A stretch of 64,000 nt of DNA from Nitrospira sp. (lineage in GTDB: Bacteria; Nitrospirota; Nitrospiria; Nitrospirales; Nitrospiraceae), in contig AP038806.1 of assembly GCA_047150005.1 (NCBI GenBank), positions 3,296,001-3,360,000 of the forward strand, given 5' to 3'. Position 1 is the first letter of the stretch, and every line of letters begins with the position of its first letter. The notes beneath the pieces are model-generated. The model saw only the letters and a list, made by a program, of their open reading frames with translations. It did no database searches and was not told where the DNA came from. The translations under genes and the position numbers were made by a program. Of this stretch, positions 57,785 to 64,000 are shown piece by piece.

Positions 57785-58834
57785 ATGAAGGCCATCACGG
57801 TCGAACCATCGAAACCGGATTCCGCTCGGCTGCGGGACGTGCCGGAACCGGACGCACGGAACGGCTCGATGCTGGTGGAAGCCATTGCGGTCGGCGTCTG
57901 CGGCACGGATCTGGAGATCGTCCAGGGGAACTACGGTTGGGCGCCCTGCGGTGAGAGTCATTTGATTCTCGGGCACGAATCGCTGGGCCGCGTGTTGGAT
58001 CCAGGGCCGAGCGGGGCGTTCAAGGCGGGTGACTTGGCGGTCGGCATCGTCCGCCGACCCGATCCGGTACCTTGTCCCAACTGCGCCGCCGGAGAGTGGG
58101 ACATGTGCCGAAACGGCCGCTACACTGAGCGGGGCATCAAGGAAATCCACGGATTCATGTCCGAGCGCTGGAGAATCGAACCTGAGTACGCTATGAAGAT
58201 CGACGACTCGTTGGGCCTCCTCGGGGTCCTGCTCGAACCGACCACGGTGGTCACCAAGGCCTGGGAGCAGATCATGGCCGTAGGCAATCGCGCCTTTTGG
58301 GAACCCTGGATCGTGCTCGTGACAGGTGCCGGACCGATCGGCCTGCTGGCGGCGTTGCTCGGCAAGCAACATGGATTGGAAGTTCATGTGCTGGACCGGG
58401 CGCAATCCGGGCCCAAGCCCGATCTCGTCCGGAGCCTCGGCGCGGGCTATCACACGGGAAGCGTGCGCGAGCTGAGCTTCGAGCCTGACATCATCATCGA
58501 ATGCACCGGCGACGGCGAGGTCGTCTCAGACTCAATTTGCCAGGTGAAGGCGGGGGGTGTCGTCGGCCTGACCGGCGTGGGCGGCGGCGAGCAGATAGAC
58601 GGACTTTTCGGGGGTGATCTGGCGACCGAAGTGGTGTTGGGTAACAAAGTGATCGTCGGCTGCGTGAACGCCAACAAGCGCCATTGGTACAAGGCGAGCC
58701 AGGCGCTCGCCCGTGCGGATCGATCCTGGCTGTCGCGGCTGGTGACCAGGCGGGAGGAGCCGGAGAATTTCTCCCGCGCGTTGGAGAAGGAATCGACCGA
58801 CGTCAAGGTCGTGGTGCAGTTTTCGGATATCTAA
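57785..58834 (+). CDS. Zn-dependent glucose 1-dehydrogenase (MDR family)
   Basis: GVCGTD, GHES, IVRRPDPVPC..C...EWDMC...YTERGI, GAGPIG. Confidence 0.85.
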   Translation: MKAITVEPSKPDSARLRDVPEPDARNGSMLVEAIAVGVCGTDLEIVQGNYGWAPCGESHLILGHESLGRVLDPGPSGAFKAGDLAVGIVRRPDPVPCPNCAAGEWDMCRNGRYTERGIKEIHGFMSERWRIEPEYAMKIDDSLGLLGVLLEPTTVVTKAWEQIMAVGNRAFWEPWIVLVTGAGPIGLLAALLGKQHGLEVHVLDRAQSGPKPDLVRSLGAGYHTGSVRELSFEPDIIIECTGDGEVVSDSICQVKAGGVVGLTGVGGGEQIDGLFGGDLATEVVLGNKVIVGCVNANKRHWYKASQALARADRSWLSRLVTRREEPENFSRALEKESTDVKVVVQFSDI

Positions 58835-58917
58835 TATGGTTGCCGCGTTCGGACCGGTGCACATGTTGCGTCGGGGCGGGCGGGCAACCGAGGTTGACGG
58901 AGGAGGAGTATCGCAAC

Positions 58918-61782
58918 ATGAGCGAGAGCAAGTCACGGGGGGGCGAGAAAAAGGGAGTCGCGCGGAAGCAAGTTGTGCAGAGGGACGCCGCGCAAAAGGA
59001 CGCCGCGCAGTCAGGAGAGCGGAAAGCCATGACGCGCGAGCATGAGCGGCTCGAAGCGGCGCGGACGCACAAGCTGGCCTGGAAGAAATGGGGACCCTAC
59101 TTGAGCGAGCGGCAATGGGGTACGGTGCGGGAGGATTACAGCGAGTCCGGCAACGCCTGGGACTATTTCACCCACGATCAGTCACGCTCGCGGGCCTACC
59201 GTTGGGGGGAGGACGGACTGGCTGGATTTTCCGACGACAAGCAGCGGCTCTGTTTCGCCCTAGCGATGTGGAACGGGAAGGATCCGATCCTGAAGGAACG
59301 GCTGTTCGGGCTGACCAACAGCGAAGGCAACCACGGCGAGGACGTGAAGGAATATTATTTTTACCTGGACAGCACGCCGACACATTCCTACATGAAATAT
59401 CTCTACAAATACCCGCAGGCCGCCTATCCGTACGACGCGCTCGTCGACACCAACCGCCGGCGAGGACGACAGGAGATGGAATACGAGCTGATCGACACCG
59501 GCCTGTTCGACGAAGACCGGTACTTCGACGTGTTCGTGGAGTACGCCAAGGAAAGTCCCGACGACATCCTGATCAAGATCAGCGTCAGCAACCGGGGCCC
59601 GGAGTCGGCGCCTCTGCACGTGCTGCCGACGCTGTGGTTCCGCAACACCTGGTCCTGGTCGAACGGCGCCGCGAAGCCGAGTATCGAGCAGGTGACCGGC
59701 TCCAAAGGCCTGACCATCGCCATGGCCTCGCACGAAGAATTGGGTAAGCGCTATCTCGCCTGCGAGGGCGACGTGCCCTTGTTGTTTACTGAAAACGAAA
59801 CCAACATGCAGCGGCTGTTCAACAAGTCGAACGCCGGTCCCTATGTGAAAGACGGCATCAACGAGTATCTCGTGGGCGGCCAGCAGGCGGCGGTCAATCC
59901 GTATCGGACCGGCACCAAGGTCGCCGCGGTCTACCGGCTCGACGTTCCCGGCGGAGAGACGAAGGTGATTCGCTTGCGGCTCTCACACGCGGCTCCACCG
60001 GATGACGCAGCCGCCGCCAAGTCCTTCCCGGTCCGCTTCGACAAGGTCGTGAGCGAGCGTGTCGCCGACGCGGATCAATTCTATGCTTCCATTACTCCCG
60101 GCAGGCTGAGCCAGGAAGAGGCCCTGGTGATGCGACAATCCCTGGCGAGTCTGCTGTGGACCAAACAGTATTATTACTTTGATCTGGACAAGTGGCTGGA
60201 AGAACACGGGGTCGATCCATTGATACCGGCCAAGGCACCGAACCTGCGTAACCGGCACTGGTTCCATATGCTCAACGACGACGTGATCTCCATGCCGGAC
60301 AAATGGGAATATCCCTGGTACGCCGCCTGGGATCTGGCCTTCCACTGCGTGGCGCTGACGGCCGTGGACGCAGACTTCGCGAAACGGCAGCTCGATTTGA
60401 TGCTTCACGACATGTACATCCATCCCAACGGACAGGTGCCGGCCTACGAGTGGAACTTCGGAGACGTCAATCCCCCCGTGCACGCCTGGGCCACCTGGTT
60501 CGTCTACCAGGCCGACAAGCAGATCAGCGGACAGGGAGATCTGCAGTTCTTGAAGAACGGGTTTCAGAAGCTGGTCTTGAATTTCACCTGGTGGGTCAAC
60601 CGGAAGGACCCCAGCGGGCGAAACGTGTTCGAGGGAGGCTTTCTGGGGTTGGACAACATCGGTGTCTTCGATCGGAGCGCACCGCTGCCCACGGGCGGGT
60701 CGCTTGAGCAGGCGGACGGCACGGCCTGGATGGCGTTGTTTTCCCAAAACATGCTGGACATCGCACTCGAGCTGGCGGCGCACGATCCGATCTATGAGGA
60801 AATGGCGCTGAAGTTCCTGCAACATTTCCTGTGGATCGCCGCCGCGATGGATCGCATCGGCGAGCATCACGATGAAATGTGGGACGAGGCGGACGGGTTT
60901 TTCTACGACTTGCTCAGGCTTCCCGACGGCCAGGCGACCAGGCTCAAAGTACGGTCGATGGTCGGGTTGCTGCCGCTCTGCGCTTCGACGGTCTTCGACA
61001 TGGACGTGGAGGAAAGGTTCCCGGACCTGCTCGAACGGGCGAGGCAATTTCTCCGGCGGCATCCGGAGCTGATGGCCACCATCGCTCCGCCGAACAAGCC
61101 GGGCATCAAGAATCGCCGGCTCCTCTCGATTCTGGACGAGTCGAAGCTGCGGCGCGTGCTCGAGAAGATGCTCGATGAGCATGAATTTCTGAGCCCGTTC
61201 GGGATCCGCTCCCTCTCGCAATACCACCGCGATCATCCGTATGTGTTCACCGTGCACGGCGAAGAGTATCGGGTGAACTATTTGCCCGCCGAATCGGACA
61301 CCGGCATGTTCGGCGGCAACTCCAATTGGCGGGGGCCCGTCTGGATGCCCGTCAACGTGCTGATCATCAGAGCCCTGCTGAATCTCTACGGGTACTACGG
61401 CAATGAGTTCACCGTGGAATGTCCCGCCGGATCGGGCCGACGGATGAATCTCTTCGAAGTGGCGCAAGAGATTACCATGCGTCTGAGCAGGATTTTTGTC
61501 CGAGACAAGGAGGGGCGCAGGGCCGTATTCGGCGGAGTCGAGAAATTTCAGAACGATCCGCACTGGCGGGATTGCCTCCTCTTTTACGAATACTTTCACG
61601 GAGACAACGGCGCCGGGCTCGGGGCGAGCCATCAAACCGGCTGGACCGGCCTCATCGGACGTCTGCTCCAAATCTACGGAGCGGTCAAGCCGGAGGACAT
61701 TCTCGAACAAGGCAAGCTCGGCACCTCGAGGCGCATTGCCGGATTGGCTCAGGGACGAAAGAAACCCGGCACCAAGACGTGA
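58918..61782 (+). CDS. GH63 (MGH1-like) glycoside hydrolase/glucosidase
   Basis: WKKWGPYLSERQWGTVREDYS, SMPDKWEYPWYAAWDLAFH, NSNWRGPVW, GASHQTGWT; RBS GGAGGAG before 58918. Confidence 0.9.
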   Translation: MSESKSRGGEKKGVARKQVVQRDAAQKDAAQSGERKAMTREHERLEAARTHKLAWKKWGPYLSERQWGTVREDYSESGNAWDYFTHDQSRSRAYRWGEDGLAGFSDDKQRLCFALAMWNGKDPILKERLFGLTNSEGNHGEDVKEYYFYLDSTPTHSYMKYLYKYPQAAYPYDALVDTNRRRGRQEMEYELIDTGLFDEDRYFDVFVEYAKESPDDILIKISVSNRGPESAPLHVLPTLWFRNTWSWSNGAAKPSIEQVTGSKGLTIAMASHEELGKRYLACEGDVPLLFTENETNMQRLFNKSNAGPYVKDGINEYLVGGQQAAVNPYRTGTKVAAVYRLDVPGGETKVIRLRLSHAAPPDDAAAAKSFPVRFDKVVSERVADADQFYASITPGRLSQEEALVMRQSLASLLWTKQYYYFDLDKWLEEHGVDPLIPAKAPNLRNRHWFHMLNDDVISMPDKWEYPWYAAWDLAFHCVALTAVDADFAKRQLDLMLHDMYIHPNGQVPAYEWNFGDVNPPVHAWATWFVYQADKQISGQGDLQFLKNGFQKLVLNFTWWVNRKDPSGRNVFEGGFLGLDNIGVFDRSAPLPTGGSLEQADGTAWMALFSQNMLDIALELAAHDPIYEEMALKFLQHFLWIAAAMDRIGEHHDEMWDEADGFFYDLLRLPDGQATRLKVRSMVGLLPLCASTVFDMDVEERFPDLLERARQFLRRHPELMATIAPPNKPGIKNRRLLSILDESKLRRVLEKMLDEHEFLSPFGIRSLSQYHRDHPYVFTVHGEEYRVNYLPAESDTGMFGGNSNWRGPVWMPVNVLIIRALLNLYGYYGNEFTVECPAGSGRRMNLFEVAQEITMRLSRIFVRDKEGRRAVFGGVEKFQNDPHWRDCLLFYEYFHGDNGAGLGASHQTGWTGLIGRLLQIYGAVKPEDILEQGKLGTSRRIAGLAQGRKKPGTKT

Positions 61783-61821
61783 CCGGGACTGCGGACCGCA
61801 CCCGTTGATCGAAGGGAGACG

Positions 61822-63297
61822 ATGATGAAGGACAGCTGGCCGAAACGACCGGTGATCTATGAGATCAACACCTGGGTGTGGCTCTACGAGCTCAGTCGAA
61901 AGTACGGCAAGACCGTGACGCTGGCGACCGTTCCTGACGCGGAATGGGACGGCCTCGGCGCCTACGGGTTCGATGCGGTGTGGTTCATGGGGGTGTGGGA
62001 ACGGAGTCCGGCCGGCATGGCCATTTCCATGAAGAACGGCGGGCTGTTGGCGGACTTTCGTAGGGCCCTGCCGGATTTTTCCCCGCAAGACAACGTGGGA
62101 TCGCCCTATTGTGTGCGCCGTTACGTCGTGGACGCCAACCTGGGAGGCCCGGAGGGATTGGTTGCCGCCAGAGGGAAACTGGCCGCACGCGGGCTTCGGC
62201 TGATCCTGGATTTCGTGCCGAATCACGTGGCGCCGGATCATCCTTGGGTGAACGAGCATCCCGAGTACTTCATTCAGGGAACCGACGACGACGCGGCCAA
62301 GCAGCCGGATGCGTTCGTCCGGATAGATGGCAAGGTCCTGGCCTGCGGACGCGATCCCTATTTCCCCGCCTGGCCCGACGTGCTGCAGTTGAACGCCTTT
62401 GATGCCGAGTTGCGCAAGGCGGCGGTCGACACGGTCAACTCGATTGCCGATCAATGCGACGGCATGCGCTGCGACATGGCCATGCTCCTGATGAATCCCA
62501 TTTTCGAGCGGACGTGGGGGGCACGGGCCGGCGCCAGACCGGCGACCGAGTATTGGCCGGATCTGATCGCCGCAGTGCGGAAGCGCCATGCCCAGGTGCT
62601 CTTCATCGCCGAGGCCTATTGGGATCTGGAGTGGGACCTGCAACAGCAGGGTTTCGATTACTGCTACGACAAGCGGCTCTACGATCGTCTGGAACACAAT
62701 GCGGCCGAGACGGTGCGATTGCATCTCTGTGCCGATCTGGCCTATCAGGAGCGACTCGTCCGTTTCGTCGAAAATCACGACGAGCCGCGGGCTTCGGCGA
62801 CGTTCGAGACGGGCAAGGCGGCGGCGGCTGCCCTGACGGCGGCCGCCTTGCCGGGCGCCAAGCTCTTTCACGAAGGACAGTTTGAAGGTCGCTGCGTGAG
62901 GCTCCCGGTGTTTCTCCGTCGCAGGCCGGATGAGCCGCCGGACGAGGGGCTGCGGAGCTTTTATCGGACGCTCTTGAGATTCCTGCGTGCCGATGACGTG
63001 AGAAACGGCGAGTGGTCCTTGTGCGAGCGCCGTGGATGGCCGGACAACCGGAGCTTCCTGAACCTACTGGCCTGGTGCTGGCGCAAAGGCAACGCGCGGC
63101 ATCTGATCGTCGCAAATCTCTCGCCCGCAGAGGTCCAAGGTGAGGTCATGCTGCCGTGGAAGGATCTCGCAGGGCGTTCCTGGCGGCTGGCTGACGTCAT
63201 CAGCGGAGAGGTGTTCGACCGTCACGGCGACCAGCTGAGCAAGAGCGGACTTTACGTCGATCTGGATCCGTGGAAATTCCACGTACTCAAGTTCTGA
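61822..63297 (+). CDS. GH13 alpha-amylase family protein
   Basis: YEINT, LDFVPNH, DGMRCDMA, FIAEAY, ENHDE. Confidence 0.9.
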   Translation: MMKDSWPKRPVIYEINTWVWLYELSRKYGKTVTLATVPDAEWDGLGAYGFDAVWFMGVWERSPAGMAISMKNGGLLADFRRALPDFSPQDNVGSPYCVRRYVVDANLGGPEGLVAARGKLAARGLRLILDFVPNHVAPDHPWVNEHPEYFIQGTDDDAAKQPDAFVRIDGKVLACGRDPYFPAWPDVLQLNAFDAELRKAAVDTVNSIADQCDGMRCDMAMLLMNPIFERTWGARAGARPATEYWPDLIAAVRKRHAQVLFIAEAYWDLEWDLQQQGFDYCYDKRLYDRLEHNAAETVRLHLCADLAYQERLVRFVENHDEPRASATFETGKAAAAALTAAALPGAKLFHEGQFEGRCVRLPVFLRRRPDEPPDEGLRSFYRTLLRFLRADDVRNGEWSLCERRGWPDNRSFLNLLAWCWRKGNARHLIVANLSPAEVQGEVMLPWKDLAGRSWRLADVISGEVFDRHGDQLSKSGLYVDLDPWKFHVLKF

Positions 63298-63312
63298 GGA
63301 ACTCCTCCCCTG

Positions 63313-64000
63313 ATGCTGGAAGCTCATCCTGCCATATCTGATCCTTGCACCCCCTATACGTTATTCGACGACGGGCCGGCCTATCGTGTTGAAGAGAAGC
63401 TCGGCTTGCTCCGGGGCGGTCAACGGCGGACAGGGCGTCGCGTGTTGTTCGCTCTCCTCGTGGCATGGCTGCCGATGCTGTTGTTGGCGGCGGTACAGGG
63501 GTTGGCGATCGGGCCGACCCGCCTCGAATCATTTCTGATGGACTTCATCATCAACGTGCGGTTTCTGATTACTGTGCCGGTCCTGCTCGTAGGAGAAGCG
63601 ATTTGCGAAGGGCAGCTCCGGACGGTGGTGGGGCAGTTTACGGACGCGCGCCTGGTGAAGGACGAGGCGCGGAGGCAGTTCGACGAGATCGTGCAACGTA
63701 CCGTTCGCGTGAGCCGCTCTGGCCGAACGGACAGCCTGCTGGTGGGGTTGGCCTACTTGCACGGCCTGACGGCCATCATCGTACAGCTGTATGGTCTCCA
63801 TTACCCGACGTGGCGCGCACCCAGTATCGACGGTCACATCACCGTCTCGCTGGCGGGATATTGGTACATCCTGGTGGCCTTTCCTCTCTACGCCTTTCTC
63901 CTCTGGCGATGGCTGTTCCGTATCGGTTTGTGGTGGTGGTTTCTGCGGCAAGTGTCGAGACTCGACTTGCAGATTACTCCAACCCATCGAGATGGAGCCG
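63313..64000 (+). CDS. Multi-TM hypothetical membrane protein, runs off the window
   Basis: Open frame MLEAHP...VAWLPMLLL...SLAGYWYILV...RLDLQITPTHRDG with no stop before 64000 (hence not in the track). Confidence 0.8.
   Translation, partial: MLEAHPAISDPCTPYTLFDDGPAYRVEEKLGLLRGGQRRTGRRVLFALLVAWLPMLLLAAVQGLAIGPTRLESFLMDFIINVRFLITVPVLLVGEAICEGQLRTVVGQFTDARLVKDEARRQFDEIVQRTVRVSRSGRTDSLLVGLAYLHGLTAIIVQLYGLHYPTWRAPSIDGHITVSLAGYWYILVAFPLYAFLLWRWLFRIGLWWWFLRQVSRLDLQITPTHRDGA

Noticed and set aside
58684..58917. N-terminal extension of the GH63 ORF as given in the track
   Set aside because: Overlaps the dehydrogenase gene; a strong RBS supports a start at 58918 or later
59983..62871. 962-aa minus-strand ORF and other long antisense ORFs (e.g. 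55726-57315, 16496-18049, 25806-27056)
   Set aside because: Shadow frames of well-supported opposite-strand genes in GC-rich DNA; no recognisable motifs

Overview
GC-rich bacterial chromosomal window, densely coding. The gene families suggest a Nitrospira-like organism, but that is an inference I cannot verify here. Layout: (1) 0-22 kb, mixed housekeeping and accessory genes (hrpB, ppa, DEAD-box helicase, zwf, MFS, CBS, AKR, O-methyltransferase, SDR, NUDIX, DoxX, ThDP enzyme). (2) 22-27 kb, a truncated surface-protein remnant, a Sel1 protein and a sigma54 two-component pair. (3) 27-42 kb, two divergent, partly mirror-image oxyanion-uptake operons. Each has an OprO/P-like porin, an atypical ModA-like protein and a paralogous lipoprotein. 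One ends in an SsuABC-like transporter behind a DUF2292/YezD mini-gene with repeated motifs; the other ends in modA-mop-modBC. (4) 42-46 kb, a non-coding cluster of DnaA boxes and an NrdR-like box, an XRE-S24 (LexA-like) repressor cassette with an unannotated 59-aa Zn-finger ORF and a RecA-fold protein, and tRNA-Met(CAT) followed by three tandem hairpins with compensatory stem changes. (5) 46-64 kb, an M48 protease, a NarL-type two-component system with a shared palindromic site, and a sugar-catabolism operon (SemiSWEET, pgm, pgi, gluconolactonase, glucose dehydrogenase, GH63, GH13). Two copies of a ~152-bp MITE-like element are present. I saw no CRISPR array, rRNA, integrase or transposase. 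Best candidates for undescribed systems: the twin porin/ModA-like/lipoprotein modules with the YezD-linked motif, the tRNA-linked hairpin array, and the LexA-like/Zn-finger/RecA-fold cassette. All calls come from reading motifs by eye; no database searches were run.
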